Source: Candidatus Latescibacterota bacterium (GTDB lineage: Bacteria; Latescibacterota; UBA2968). Taken from it: DNA of 64,000 nt. Under the pieces are notes generated by a model. The model was not told where the DNA came from and did no database searches. It worked only from the letters and a program-made list of their open reading frames with translations. Below, one piece after another: positions 38,813-52,357 of this stretch. Location: contig OZ242320.1 in assembly GCA_965208125.1 (NCBI GenBank), forward strand, positions 5,440,001 to 5,504,000, in the 5' to 3' direction. Made by a program: the position numbers and the translations under genes. Within the stretch, counting starts at the first letter, position 1. Each line of letters opens with the position of its first letter.

Positions 38813-38856
38813 TACTAATTATTTAGTATTATGACGAACCTAATAGGAGAAGTCAA
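38813..38856 (-). promoter_or_regulatory. Sigma70 promoter with putative BlaI operator (copy 3)
   Basis: TTGACT-17-CATAAT; TACTAA-TTAT-TTAGTA at 38813-38828. Confidence 0.75.
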
Positions 38857-38877
38857 GCAAAAATCTTATTTTTACAG

Positions 38878-38916
38878 AAAAAAAGAGCGGCAGATTGCAA
38901 AAACCCACCGCTCTTA
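38878..38916 (-). terminator. Intrinsic terminator of the sigma-ABC-RNAP operon
   Basis: Minus strand AAGAGCGGTGGG-TTTTTGCAA-TCTGCCGCTC followed by a T-run. Confidence 0.7.
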
Positions 38917-42131
<3,215 letters not shown>

Positions 42132-43925
42132 CTAACTCTCCTGCATTTCAAAGAACCTCGCATCATACTGGACTTTATACATCTCAGAGAACAGCCCACG
42201 TTGATCAATAAGTTGTGAAACCGTACCTTCCTCTACAAGCTCACCATTCTTTCCAACTACCAGGATTCGATCAGCATCAAGTATTGTCGATAAGCGGTGT
42301 GCGACAACCAGCGTGGTCTTCCCCTTTCTCAGTTCCTCCAATGCTGTTTTTACCCTTACCTCTGTAAGGGCATCCAAAGATGCTGTCCCCTCATCTATCA
42401 ACAGCACATTTGGCCTTCGGACAAATGCACGCGCAATCGCGATTCTTTGCCGCTCGCCGCCCGACAGAGATTGCCCATTTTCTCCAACAATTGTCTCGTA
42501 TTGATCCGGGAATTCCAAAATATCACGATGTATTTGCGCCTGCCCTGAAGCCTTCGTCATTACATCATAAGTCGCACCATTGGGTTCCATTGGGTATAGA
42601 ATATTTCTTCCAATAGTTGTATTCCAGAGAAACGGATCTTGCGGGATAAGACATAGATGGTCCCGAACGTACTCAGGAGGCAGCCTGGAAAGCTCAAGTT
42701 CACCAAGCATGATCTTTCCTGAATCAGGTTCGTAGAATCGCAGAAGCAAATCAAAAATGGTGCTCTTTCCTCCCCCGCTGGGACCGACGATACCAATGAA
42801 CTCTCCCTCCTTTATTTCAAAAGTCATGTTCCTGATTGCGAATCCGCGATCGTATCCAAATGAGACGTTCCTGAAAGCAATATGCACGCTCCTGGCGGCG
42901 TCAAGTACCGCACCAGATCGATCAGCAATTGTCTCCTCCCTTCTCATCTTCAGCACATCATTGAGCTTGTCAAAAGAAATCTTGACTCTATGTAGATCTA
43001 CATAGACAGAGAAAGCACCTTTCAGAGCGGCATACGCTCTGGGGACGTACGCCATAAATGCAACCAATGTCCCTATCGACATACTGCCATTCATGATTCC
43101 GAATGCCCCAAAACCGAAAAGAATCCCGATAACGACGCTATTTATAACCTCATTGGGAAAGGCAACAACAATGTGATGAAAAGCAATCGTTTTGAGCTTC
43201 AGAGTCTTGTGCTGTCGCAGCCAATCTTGCCAGAAGCGTCTTTCTCGAGATTCGCCGGAAAGAGATCGCACCGTCTTGATGCCAGCAAATGTTTCCTGGA
43301 GAAATCTGTTTCCCCTCTCTACGTGATCTGAAAAAGGTCTATCCAGAGCTTCGGACCTTCTGGTAAGCTTCCGGGTGATTGCAAATGTAACCGGAACTGC
43401 AACCATTGAGACAGCGGTCAGCCTGTAATCCATCCAGAGCATCATTCCCAAAATACCGAGCAGATTTATCCCGCTATGTGCGAGTGGCAAGACACGTTGA
43501 GAGATAAACATCTCACCTATTTTCGCTGACTCAATATTTATCCGATAACTGAGGTCAGCGGTCGGTATCCCTTGTATATCCTCAACTCTTGATCTGATAA
43601 CGTGCTCAAAAGCAGACTTCCTTAATCCTCTTGACACCTGTTCCCCAATCCAGACACGGAGATACTCATGCCCATAAGTTATGGCCAAGCCCAAAAGTGG
43701 GATCAGCACCACCCCCAAAATGCAATAGACACTGAGTTGCATATCTCTATCTGGAATCGCTTGATCAATCAGGATCCTATAGATGACGGGAACAAACAGA
43801 GCGGGCACCACAGCGATTAGCATTGTTAAGAGGGTTAAAGCTACGCGCCACTTTTTTTCTAAGAGCTTCGCCAGAACAATCTTCCCTGTGCCAGTAGCTA
43901 AGTAATACGAGAGTCCTGTTAGCAT
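42132..43925 (-). CDS. ABC exporter, fused TMD-NBD (MsbA/Sav1866-like)
   Basis: Six-TM N-terminal half; Walker A GPSGGGKST, LSGGERQRIAIARA, LLIDEGTASLD, VAHRLST. Confidence 0.93.
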   Translation of the reverse strand: MLTGLSYYLATGTGKIVLAKLLEKKWRVALTLLTMLIAVVPALFVPVIYRILIDQAIPDRDMQLSVYCILGVVLIPLLGLAITYGHEYLRVWIGEQVSRGLRKSAFEHVIRSRVEDIQGIPTADLSYRINIESAKIGEMFISQRVLPLAHSGINLLGILGMMLWMDYRLTAVSMVAVPVTFAITRKLTRRSEALDRPFSDHVERGNRFLQETFAGIKTVRSLSGESRERRFWQDWLRQHKTLKLKTIAFHHIVVAFPNEVINSVVIGILFGFGAFGIMNGSMSIGTLVAFMAYVPRAYAALKGAFSVYVDLHRVKISFDKLNDVLKMRREETIADRSGAVLDAARSVHIAFRNVSFGYDRGFAIRNMTFEIKEGEFIGIVGPSGGGKSTIFDLLLRFYEPDSGKIMLGELELSRLPPEYVRDHLCLIPQDPFLWNTTIGRNILYPMEPNGATYDVMTKASGQAQIHRDILEFPDQYETIVGENGQSLSGGERQRIAIARAFVRRPNVLLIDEGTASLDALTEVRVKTALEELRKGKTTLVVAHRLSTILDADRILVVGKNGELVEEGTVSQLIDQRGLFSEMYKVQYDARFFEMQES

Positions 43926-43980
43926 AATCTCCCCTTGTATTTCGCCTTTTATCTGTGGGTATCAGTGTGAAACGCTCACA

Positions 43981-44586
43981 TTACTCGCCTTCATACCCCC
44001 TCCCATACCTCCGCCCCCATGCCTCTGCAAGTTGCTTGCGCGCGTGGAACAGCCGCGACTTCACTGTCCCCTCTGGAATCGCCAGCCGTTCGGCAACTTC
44101 CCGAAGCGCCACCTCATCTTCGTACACCATCTGAAATATCTCGCGTTTTTCCTCTGGCAACGCATCGATCAACGCCTGCAAAATGCGCCGCTGTTCAGCG
44201 CGTTCCAATTGCACATCGGGTCCCAGCGCAGCCCGATCGATCATCCACCCCGGAACAGGTTGTTCTTCGTCCTCCTCATCGTAAAGCGAAGGCATTTCCA
44301 ATGGCTGTTCGCGACGACGACTTTGGCTTCGCAATTGATTCAGCGACAAATTTCTCGCAATCCGAAACAGCCATCCCCGAAAAGACCCTTGCCCCGACCA
44401 TTGATCGGCCCGATTCCAAACTCTGAGAAAAACCTCCTGCGTCAAATCATCTGCAGCGACCGGATCGCGCGTTATCCAGCGCAGACTCTCGGTCACCTGT
44501 GCCTGATAGCGCGCAAACAGAATCGCAAAAGCCTCTTGATCCCGCGCCACAATTCGCTGCATCAAAATCGCGTCCGATGGTGTCAA
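43981..44586 (-). CDS. ECF-family RNA polymerase sigma factor, with no adjacent anti-sigma
   Basis: TTG start after AGGAGG; AADDLTQEVFLRVW, FRGWLFRIARNL, LPEEKREIF...EVAERLAIPEGTVKSRLFHARKQL. Confidence 0.93.
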   Translation of the reverse strand: MTPSDAILMQRIVARDQEAFAILFARYQAQVTESLRWITRDPVAADDLTQEVFLRVWNRADQWSGQGSFRGWLFRIARNLSLNQLRSQSRRREQPLEMPSLYDEEDEEQPVPGWMIDRAALGPDVQLERAEQRRILQALIDALPEEKREIFQMVYEDEVALREVAERLAIPEGTVKSRLFHARKQLAEAWGRRYGRGYEGE

Positions 44587-44606
44587 AAAATATCCTCCTG
44601 TGGGAA

Positions 44607-44634
44607 TCGACACCGCCCAATACCCGAAGGTTCA
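44607..44634 (-). promoter_or_regulatory. Putative ECF-type promoter just upstream of the sigma gene
   Basis: TGAACC-16 nt-TGTCGA followed by TTCCCAC and the RBS AGGAGG. Confidence 0.5.
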
Positions 44635-44708
44635 AAAAAAGTGAGTGGTGAAAAGTGTGAAGTGAGAAGTCCCCACATCTCCCCACCAGTGGTCAGTTCA
44701 TCTATTAT

Positions 44709-44739
44709 AAAAAAGCGCAGCCCTGATGGACTGCGCTTT
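44709..44739 (-). terminator. Intrinsic terminator separating the upstream genes from the sigma operon
   Basis: Minus strand AAAGCGCAGTCC-ATCA-GGGCTGCGCTTTTTT. Confidence 0.8.
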
Positions 44740-44762
44740 ACACAGATATGCCTCGCTGCCTC

Positions 44763-45689
44763 TCACCCATCGTCCTCAGGCTGATCTGGCAACAAAAAGA
44801 CCCCCTTGAAAGGGCTGTAGGACACCTCCTCTAAAAATTCGACTTCCGCCTCAAATTCCAGTCGAATCGCCATGCGATCTTCCTCATCTTCAAAACTGGC
44901 CTCGAGCTGTCGATCCATCAACTCAAAAACCTTACTTCGCACCTCCTCCCTCATCTTCCCTTCTTCAAAACACCTCTGGCGAAACGCCTCAATCTGTACA
45001 TCCGATGGCAAAAGCGAATCCATATCTAATGCCAGTGCCAGAATGAGATTGCGCAGCAACCCGTCATACGTGCGCGCTTCAACAGCTATTTCTACCTCGG
45101 TCAGCGCAGCTTTGGGGATCGACCGCAAAAACGCAAGTCGCCTGAGCGCAACTTGATAAGCTGCGTAATCGCGCTTTGGATCGACCAACTGGGATTCATC
45201 TTCCTCGTCATCCTGGGGACGCATCCACGTCTCTGGCACAGCGGTTGCCCAGCGGGATACCGCCTGGTATTCAGACTGCAAAAATTTCACTTCAGGACGC
45301 AGCAACATCGCCCGACACATCTGTGCCATTTCTTTCAAACGAAAAAATGCGATCTCATACCCGCGTTTTCGACACGCTTCAAAATCTCCTTGCGCGATAA
45401 TTTCCACAGCCCGGTTTAAATCGCTTTCTGCACGCGCCTCCAAACCGAGATCCATAGCAATCAGTGCCTGCCGCACCCCGTGTTCCAAATCCTCACGCCT
45501 GATTGCAATACCCGACCGGTAGCGCTTGCCATAGTGCAAACCCTGCAAGCGCAAAAAGCCCAAAAGCGCATCTCCAATATTGGGCGGCAGCTTTTCAAAG
45601 CGCGTCCCCAATTCAATAACCTGCCCTACAAAACTCTCGGAATCAATGCGAAACCGACTCAAATCCAGCGTTGCAAGTGGATTTTGCAT
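44763..45689 (-). CDS. Acidic helical hypothetical protein (resembles DUF6178 C-terminal part)
   Basis: Long ORF with RBS GGAG; MDLGLEARAESDLNRAVEIIAQGDFEACRKRGY segment. Confidence 0.55.
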   Translation of the reverse strand: MQNPLATLDLSRFRIDSESFVGQVIELGTRFEKLPPNIGDALLGFLRLQGLHYGKRYRSGIAIRREDLEHGVRQALIAMDLGLEARAESDLNRAVEIIAQGDFEACRKRGYEIAFFRLKEMAQMCRAMLLRPEVKFLQSEYQAVSRWATAVPETWMRPQDDEEDESQLVDPKRDYAAYQVALRRLAFLRSIPKAALTEVEIAVEARTYDGLLRNLILALALDMDSLLPSDVQIEAFRQRCFEEGKMREEVRSKVFELMDRQLEASFEDEEDRMAIRLEFEAEVEFLEEVSYSPFKGVFLLPDQPEDDG

Positions 45690-45821
45690 AAGCACTCCGT
45701 CGTCAGTTATCAGTAGCCAGTTGTCAGTCCACCCAGCCCATCAGCCCCCTTCGTGTAAGTTACTTGCTTCGCTGCGTTGTAGGCTACGCCTGTGCGTGCT
45801 CTTAGTGGATCATTTCACCCT

Positions 45822-46760
45822 TCACACTTCATCATCCCTCCTCTCCCACGCCCCGCGAATTACGGACCGCATCAAATCGGCATCCGCATCGAAAAGTGCA
45901 TCCAGAACACCTCCGACAACGGGATCCTCAACTATCGTACTCGGCTTTTCACCCACAGCAGCGCCTTCGGAAAAGAGTTGGTGCCGGTAAACCTGCGCGC
46001 CCGCAGCCCCCACGACCTCATTCATGCGCATATCCTTCACGTACGGAATCAGAGCTTCTTCGAGCAACCCGGGATCCACACTGTTCAGCAATTCAGCACA
46101 CTTATTTGCGTCCCCCAGCATAGATAGTGCCCTGAGCCATTCAAACGATACCTTTGACCGGACCTCGGCACTGTCCATAGGCTCTAACGTATCTTCCACA
46201 GTGCGCCGAAAAGTACCCGGTGTCATAGCGCGTATCAAATGCGCATTAAAACCCTGCCGCTCCGGATCATAATCAATCAGCCCCGTCAACATCTCTGTAG
46301 GCAAATGCGCCACCACATCTGTCGAATAGCCCGGATTGCCATCTTCATCCATACCCGTTATCGACAGCATATTCTCAGGATCTTCATCCAGAACAACGAG
46401 CGCGGCCTGCGCTTCAACCGTCAAAGTCTTCACCAGTGCCCTGGCATCTTCTTTTTTTCCCTCGCGAAGCAGATCGCGTATCCGGCTACTCTGCTCTGCC
46501 AATTCCATAAATCCGGTTGACCATTTACCGACGACCAATCGATCTTCCTGAACCTCAATGGGTTTCACCTCGGGTTCTTCCTCATAAATCGCGTTGCCCG
46601 TCAAATGAGATTTGGGACGAATCTTCCCCCTTTCTACTTTGTCCTTACACGTCACGCACAGGCGCGTATAAGGAACGACCTTGAGGCGTTCTTCTGAAAT
46701 AACCGCCTCGCAAATGACACACCTCACCCCCGTCCCGCCATCGAGCGGCTGTTGTGCCAT
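45822..46760 (-). CDS. Protein with N-terminal TraR/DksA C4 zinc finger and a helical C-terminal domain
   Basis: CVICEAVISEERLKVVPYTRLCVTCK; RBS GGAGGG before ATG 46760. Confidence 0.75.
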   Translation of the reverse strand: MAQQPLDGGTGVRCVICEAVISEERLKVVPYTRLCVTCKDKVERGKIRPKSHLTGNAIYEEEPEVKPIEVQEDRLVVGKWSTGFMELAEQSSRIRDLLREGKKEDARALVKTLTVEAQAALVVLDEDPENMLSITGMDEDGNPGYSTDVVAHLPTEMLTGLIDYDPERQGFNAHLIRAMTPGTFRRTVEDTLEPMDSAEVRSKVSFEWLRALSMLGDANKCAELLNSVDPGLLEEALIPYVKDMRMNEVVGAAGAQVYRHQLFSEGAAVGEKPSTIVEDPVVGGVLDALFDADADLMRSVIRGAWERRDDEV

Positions 46761-46893
46761 ATTGCCCTCCATTGGGGTTTTGAGAACCCTCCGCGCATAT
46801 TGCGGAGACGGCAGAATCACAGCGGAGATAAATGTAATCGAATAAACTCGGAATGTCAACCTTTAACTTACTGTTTATCAAAGATTTACAAAC

Positions 46894-46969
46894 TTGACAA
46901 ACAAGGCGAAATTTGTTATATTAATACCGTCGCCGAAGAGATTGCACCTGATCCCTTCGGCATTTTTTT
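46894..46969 (+). ncRNA. Candidate small RNA: strong promoter followed at once by hairpin and U-tract
   Basis: TTGACA-17-TATATT with extended TGn; GCCGAAGAGA-TTGCACCTGA-TCCCTTCGGC-ATTTTTTT; no + strand ORF follows. Confidence 0.4.
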
Positions 46970-47050
46970 ATTGAGCCACAACAAACAAAGGCCCGATTCA
47001 ACAATCCCGACCGAGCCTTTTTATTTTTCACGGACACAACATCCTGTTTC

Positions 47051-47905
47051 CTATCGAAACAACATACTGATATCCAGTGCCTTAACCGAATGTGTAAGCG
47101 CACCCACTGAAATAAGATCCACGCCCGTTTCTGCAATTGTCCGCACACTATCTAAGGACACATTGCCCGAGGCTTCCAATTCGGGTCTTTTGCCTTTTAA
47201 TTTTCCCACCTTTTCCACGGCTTCGCGCATCTCATCCAGGCTCATATTGTCCAACATCACGCGATCCGCACCCAAAACGAGCACCTCATCGAGTTCTGAT
47301 AGCGTTTCTACCTCCACCTCCACGGGCACTTCTCGGCCTTCAAAATCCATCCCCTTCCACACCGAAAGAAGTGCCGGCCCAATGCCATCCGCTGCCTCAA
47401 TGTGATTCTCCTTCATCAGCACCATATCGAACAACCCCACCCGATGATTCACACCACCGCCCGCAACAACAGCATATTTATCTAATAATCGCAATCCCGG
47501 CACAGTCTTGCGCGTATCCAGAATCCGCGTCTGTGTTCCTTTTACAGCCTCTACAAACTGTGCCGTCATCGTTGCTATACCCGACATACGCTGCAAAAAA
47601 TTCAGCGCGACGCGCTCACCTGTCAACAGACCACGCGCGGGACCAGAAACCTCGGCCAAAACATCACCATCAGCAACGCACTCACCATCTTCGACATATG
47701 CCTCAAATACAATCGCTTCCTCTACAGCCTCAAACACCCATTGCGCCACATCCAATCCCGCAATCACGCCATCTGCTCTCGCAATAATTTTCGCCTTCGC
47801 CTGCTTTGTCAACGGCACGGTCCACTTTGTCGTAATATCCCCATCTCCCACATCTTCTATCAATGCTCGCTCTATCACAGGCATGATATCTTCGCGCTTT
47901 AACAT
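47051..47905 (-). CDS. nadC: Nicotinate-nucleotide pyrophosphorylase (quinolinate phosphoribosyltransferase)
   Basis: LTGERVALNFLQRMSGIAT, DTRKTVPGLR, NHRVGLFDMVLMKENH, MLDNM, ISVGALTHS. Confidence 0.97.
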   Translation of the reverse strand: MLKREDIMPVIERALIEDVGDGDITTKWTVPLTKQAKAKIIARADGVIAGLDVAQWVFEAVEEAIVFEAYVEDGECVADGDVLAEVSGPARGLLTGERVALNFLQRMSGIATMTAQFVEAVKGTQTRILDTRKTVPGLRLLDKYAVVAGGGVNHRVGLFDMVLMKENHIEAADGIGPALLSVWKGMDFEGREVPVEVEVETLSELDEVLVLGADRVMLDNMSLDEMREAVEKVGKLKGKRPELEASGNVSLDSVRTIAETGVDLISVGALTHSVKALDISMLFR

Positions 47906-47915
47906 GTCAAGCCCT

Positions 47916-49904
47916 CTACGCCACCTCTGACTTTAATCTCGCAATCTCATCGCGATATTGCGCGGCCTTCTCAAACTCCAAATTCTCAGCCGCTTCGCCC
48001 ATCTTGCGCGTCAATTCTTCGATTATATCCAGCCGATTGGCTCCATCCATATACTCTGGCGACTCCTCGGCAACCATTGGCAACTCTTCTGCCTTCTCAT
48101 CGGCCACGGCTGTCGTCTGGAGAATCTCTTCTCTGGTCTTGTAAAGCGTCTCAGGCGTAATGCCGTGTATGATATTATACTCCTCCTGCAATGCCCGGCG
48201 GCGATTCGTCTCGTCAATGGCGCGCTGCATCGAATCCGTCACCTTATCCGCGTACATAATAACCGTACCTCTTGCATTGCGCGCGGCTCGCCCCGCCGTC
48301 TGAATCAACGACCGCTCCGACCGCAAAAACCCTTCCTTATCCGCATCCAGAATAGCAACCAGCGACACCTCTGGCAGATCCAACCCCTCGCGCAACAAAT
48401 TCACGCCCACGAGCACATCGAACTCACCCAAACGCAAATCCCTGATAATTGCCACGCGTTCAAGGGAATCGACATCTGAGTGCATATAGCGCGCCTTGAT
48501 ACCCAACTCGCGCATATATTCCGACAAATCCTCTGCCATGCGCTTGGTCAGCGTCGTCACCAGCACGCGATCGCCGCGCTCCACCCGCACCCGCGATTCT
48601 TCGATGAGATCATCAACCTGTCCGCGCACAGGTCGTACCACCATCTCGGGATCGAGCAACCCCGTCGGACGAATCACCTGCTCTACCACCACGCCCTCAC
48701 ACTGTTCCAATTCGTAATCCGCAGGTGTGGCCGACATAAAAACAACCTGCTTTGCCTTCTGTTCAAACTCCTCAAAATACAACGGACGATTATCCAATGC
48801 CGCGGACAACCTGAACCCGTGTTCTATCAATACCTCTTTGCGAGATCGATCCCCATTCCACATCCCGCGCAACTGCGGAATCGTCACATGGGATTCATCC
48901 AGCACAATCAGAAAATCGTCCGCAAAATAATCCAGCAACACATAAGGTGCCTCCCCGGGTCTGCGCCCATCGATATACCGCGAATAATTTTCAATACCCT
49001 GACAAAAGCCAATCTCGCGCATCATCTCAATATCGTAGCGCGTGCGCATCTCTAGCCGCTGTGCCTCTAACAACTTGCCCTGATCACTAAACGCCTCCAG
49101 TTGTTTGGCGAGATCCACCTCAATCTGGACAATGGCTTTCTCAATGCGATTGCCACTGGTCACAAAGTGCTTGGCCGGATAAATAACAATGCGATCGCGT
49201 TCCGCAAGCACCTCGCCCGTCACGGGATGCACTTCACTCAACGCGTCGATCTCATCGCCAAAAAACTCCACGCGTACCGGATGCTCGCGCTCGGGCGGAT
49301 AAATTTCGACCACATCGCCCCGCACCCGAAACGCGCCCGGCTCAAAAGCCACATCATTGCGCGTAAAATGAATATCCACCAGCTTGCGCAACATAGCATC
49401 GCGATCCATCTCTGCACCGCGATCCAGAATCACCAGGTGATCTTCGTATTCATCTGGATTACCAATACCGTAAATACACGACACACTCGCCACAATGATC
49501 ACATCTCGTCGCTCCATCAAAGCACTTGTCGCGCGCAAGCGCAAACGGTTGATCTCATCGTTAATATCCGCTTCTTTTTCTATAAACGTATCCGTCACCG
49601 GTTTATACGCTTCGGGCTGGTAATAATCGTAATACGAAATAAAATACTCCACAGCATTATTCGGGAAAAAACTGCGAAACTCACCGTAGAGTTGTGCCGC
49701 CAGAGTTTTGTTGTGGGAAATCACGAGCGTGGGCTTTTGAACGGATTCAATCACCTTGGACATTGAAAACGTCTTACCTGTACCCGTTGCCCCCATCAAA
49801 GTCTGGTATGGCGCACCATCTCGAATCCCCTGAGCGAGCTCTTCTATCGCCTGGGGCTGATCGCCCGCAGGCTCAAAAGGCGATATTACTTCAAATCGCG
49901 GCAT
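47916..49904 (-). CDS. uvrB: Excinuclease ABC subunit B
   Basis: [55 protein letters not shown]-terminal UVR domain. Confidence 0.98.
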   Translation of the reverse strand: MPRFEVISPFEPAGDQPQAIEELAQGIRDGAPYQTLMGATGTGKTFSMSKVIESVQKPTLVISHNKTLAAQLYGEFRSFFPNNAVEYFISYYDYYQPEAYKPVTDTFIEKEADINDEINRLRLRATSALMERRDVIIVASVSCIYGIGNPDEYEDHLVILDRGAEMDRDAMLRKLVDIHFTRNDVAFEPGAFRVRGDVVEIYPPEREHPVRVEFFGDEIDALSEVHPVTGEVLAERDRIVIYPAKHFVTSGNRIEKAIVQIEVDLAKQLEAFSDQGKLLEAQRLEMRTRYDIEMMREIGFCQGIENYSRYIDGRRPGEAPYVLLDYFADDFLIVLDESHVTIPQLRGMWNGDRSRKEVLIEHGFRLSAALDNRPLYFEEFEQKAKQVVFMSATPADYELEQCEGVVVEQVIRPTGLLDPEMVVRPVRGQVDDLIEESRVRVERGDRVLVTTLTKRMAEDLSEYMRELGIKARYMHSDVDSLERVAIIRDLRLGEFDVLVGVNLLREGLDLPEVSLVAILDADKEGFLRSERSLIQTAGRAARNARGTVIMYADKVTDSMQRAIDETNRRRALQEEYNIIHGITPETLYKTREEILQTTAVADEKAEELPMVAEESPEYMDGANRLDIIEELTRKMGEAAENLEFEKAAQYRDEIARLKSEVA

Positions 49905-50044
49905 AATGATTTCCTTAAAAAAATCAGTTTTAGGTTCGCACCTTGACTCACACCCCATAACTACTTTAATTTAGAAAGAGAATACCTGAAATGCAAGGTC
50001 AACCCCGCTGTTTTCACCTGCGGGTGAACACACAAGGGCTTCCC

Positions 50045-51232
50045 GTGAAAATTTTTCTCAAAAGCACAATTCTATGCGCGCTATTTGGCCTGATGACCTG
50101 TGGGGGAAAAAGCACAGATACACTGGGACCGGGGGACTCGGGCAATCCTTCTGCCCCCCCTGGCGACACGACATCCGGCAATACGCAAACCTCTGGTTCA
50201 ATCAATCGCGAACCGCAAGCAGGCGGCAATTTTCTCAGTGACTTTCCCAGAGACAGAATTCTATCGGGCGGCGTACCTCCCGATGGCATTCCCGCACTCA
50301 CCGATCCCCCATTTGTCGAACTCACATCCAGTGAAGCCGCTTACCTCAGCGATGAGGACCTCGTCCTCGGCGTGATCCTCAATGGCGTAGCCAAAGCCTA
50401 TCCCCACAACATGGGTTGGTGGCACGAAATCATCAACGACGTAGTTGGCGAACAGCCTATTGTCGTGAGCTTTTGCCCACTGACGGGCACGGGACTCATC
50501 TTTAACGGACAGGGCAATGACCAATCGCGCATCCATTGTGGGGTTTCCGGTTTGCTATTTAACAACAACCTGATTATGTACGACCGCCGCCAACAGGGAA
50601 TCCTGTATCCCCAGATGATCCACATCCCGGTTGAAAGTGGAACCGAAGAATTACAACTCCTGCCCGTAATCGAAACCACCTGGCGCTACTGGAAACAACT
50701 CTATCCCAATTCCAAAGTTATCAGTGCCAATACGGGTGTTTACGCGCCCAGCAGATATCAGAGCTATCCCTATGGCAACTATCGGGACCCGAATACCGCG
50801 CCGCTTTTCCCCTCCTTCCCCAGTTTGCTCGACAACCCAACCGCGCAGTTATTCCCGCCCAAAACCCTCACACTGGGTATTCGTTTTGGCGAAACAGCCA
50901 AAGCCTATCCCTTTCCCACCATGGGTATAGAAGCCGTCATCAACGACGTAGTCGCGGGTAATGCCATTCTGGTCGTCTATTACGATAGGGAGCAATACGC
51001 ACTACCCTTTGATCGGGTAGTGGATGGTCAGACCCTCACATTTGAAAAAGCGCTTCCCCGCGATACGGTCTATCCCTTTCTCCTGCGCGACCAGGAGACG
51101 GGCAGCACCTGGAACCTCAAAGGCGAAGCCATTGCCGGGCCAATGCAAAATAAAACCTTACAACAACTACCTGCCCACAATTCCTTCTGGTTTGCCTGGG
51201 CAACCTTCTGGCAGAATACGGGAATTTATTAG
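50045..51232 (+). CDS. DUF3179-domain lipoprotein
   Basis: Lipobox-like LMTC; ILSGGVPPDGIPALTDP, WHEIINDVV, SFCPLTGT, GVSGLLFNNNLIMYDR, SFWFAW. Confidence 0.85.
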   Translation: MKIFLKSTILCALFGLMTCGGKSTDTLGPGDSGNPSAPPGDTTSGNTQTSGSINREPQAGGNFLSDFPRDRILSGGVPPDGIPALTDPPFVELTSSEAAYLSDEDLVLGVILNGVAKAYPHNMGWWHEIINDVVGEQPIVVSFCPLTGTGLIFNGQGNDQSRIHCGVSGLLFNNNLIMYDRRQQGILYPQMIHIPVESGTEELQLLPVIETTWRYWKQLYPNSKVISANTGVYAPSRYQSYPYGNYRDPNTAPLFPSFPSLLDNPTAQLFPPKTLTLGIRFGETAKAYPFPTMGIEAVINDVVAGNAILVVYYDREQYALPFDRVVDGQTLTFEKALPRDTVYPFLLRDQETGSTWNLKGEAIAGPMQNKTLQQLPAHNSFWFAWATFWQNTGIY

Positions 51233-51307
51233 ACGGACACAAATACTTGTATATCTATAAAAAAGGCGAATTGCCCCTGGCGATTCGCCTGAATTTTGGA
51301 GTCCTCC

Positions 51308-52198
51308 ATGCACTGCTTTTATTGGCTTGCCCTCTTCATACTCTTGCCCCATACCGCTTATGCAGGTGCCTGGACACTCGCAAAAGGCCATATCTGGGGT
51401 AAAATCACAGGCATGGCGCAATCGACAAATGAAGAATATGTGGCCGTTGGCGGCGCGGGTCGCGAACCCGACCTCAACCGCCTCTATGAACCCGGAGATC
51501 GCGCACACTATCGCGAAAATGGGCAATACAATTCACAGGCACTCTTTATCGACCTGTTTTACGGCCTGAGTGATCGCATCGACCTCGGCATACAAATTCC
51601 CTACTATCGCCGGGAATTTGAAAACGTCGGCTTCAGACCGGCGAATATTGCATCGGGCTTTGGTGACATGCGAGGAATTGCCAAAATCAACATTGCACAA
51701 ACCCCTGTCGTGGGCACAATGAAATTTGGAACCAAAGCCCCCACAGGCAAGTTTCAAAACCAGGACGGAATTATTTCCGCAGGTGAAGGCCAATGGGATT
51801 TTGAATTCATTGCACAAATTGGCCGATCTTTTTGGCCCTTCCCACTGTACGCCAACATCGATATGGGATATCGCGTCCGCCTGCAAAACAATACCACCAA
51901 TTACGACCCTGGCGACGAGTGGTTTTTAAACTCAGAAATAGGTTATAATCCCGTGAACAAACTCTTCTTTATACTCAAATTAGAGGGCATCAGAGGTAGG
52001 CCATCCCGCGTATTGGGCCTCAAACTATCCAGCGATGTAAGACGCATTACCTATTTCGCGCCCACGCTCCTCATAAGCCCCTTTCAAAACCTGAGCATTG
52101 AAACCTCGGTGCGTATAACCGCTGGTGGGCGCAATTTCCCCGCCGGACATATATGGACCGCAGGGATTTCATACTCGGGTTCCGTGTCTAAAATGTGA
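51308..52198 (+). CDS. Outer-membrane beta-barrel (MetA/phenol-degradation transporter-like), paralog 1
   Basis: Signal peptide AYA/GAWT, YGLSDRIDLGIQIPY, SGFGD, KAPTG, GEGQWD. Confidence 0.7.
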   Translation: MHCFYWLALFILLPHTAYAGAWTLAKGHIWGKITGMAQSTNEEYVAVGGAGREPDLNRLYEPGDRAHYRENGQYNSQALFIDLFYGLSDRIDLGIQIPYYRREFENVGFRPANIASGFGDMRGIAKINIAQTPVVGTMKFGTKAPTGKFQNQDGIISAGEGQWDFEFIAQIGRSFWPFPLYANIDMGYRVRLQNNTTNYDPGDEWFLNSEIGYNPVNKLFFILKLEGIRGRPSRVLGLKLSSDVRRITYFAPTLLISPFQNLSIETSVRITAGGRNFPAGHIWTAGISYSGSVSKM

Positions 52199-52357
52199 TG
52201 CGATCCCGTGCTCGGGTTTATTCACTCCCCAAAAATCTGTATTTATCATATTGGAAAAAAATCTCCTTTTGAGTATCTTCCCACCTGAGCAGTTTGAACA
52301 GCGGACCGATTACCGCTGGGCTGCTTGTGGTAAAACACTTTATTAGAAAGGGAAAAA

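Noticed and set aside
43966-43980. TGTGAGCGTTTCACA palindrome right after the sigma stop codon
   Set aside because: Spacing is N5 rather than the CRP N6, it is a single copy, and no cognate regulator is nearby. Too weak to call.
45700-45812. TCAGTTA/CCAGTTG heptamers and a CTTCGCTGCG/GCTACGCC segment as a possible REP element
   Set aside because: Single occurrence in the window with no clear boundaries; cannot be supported without the rest of the genome.
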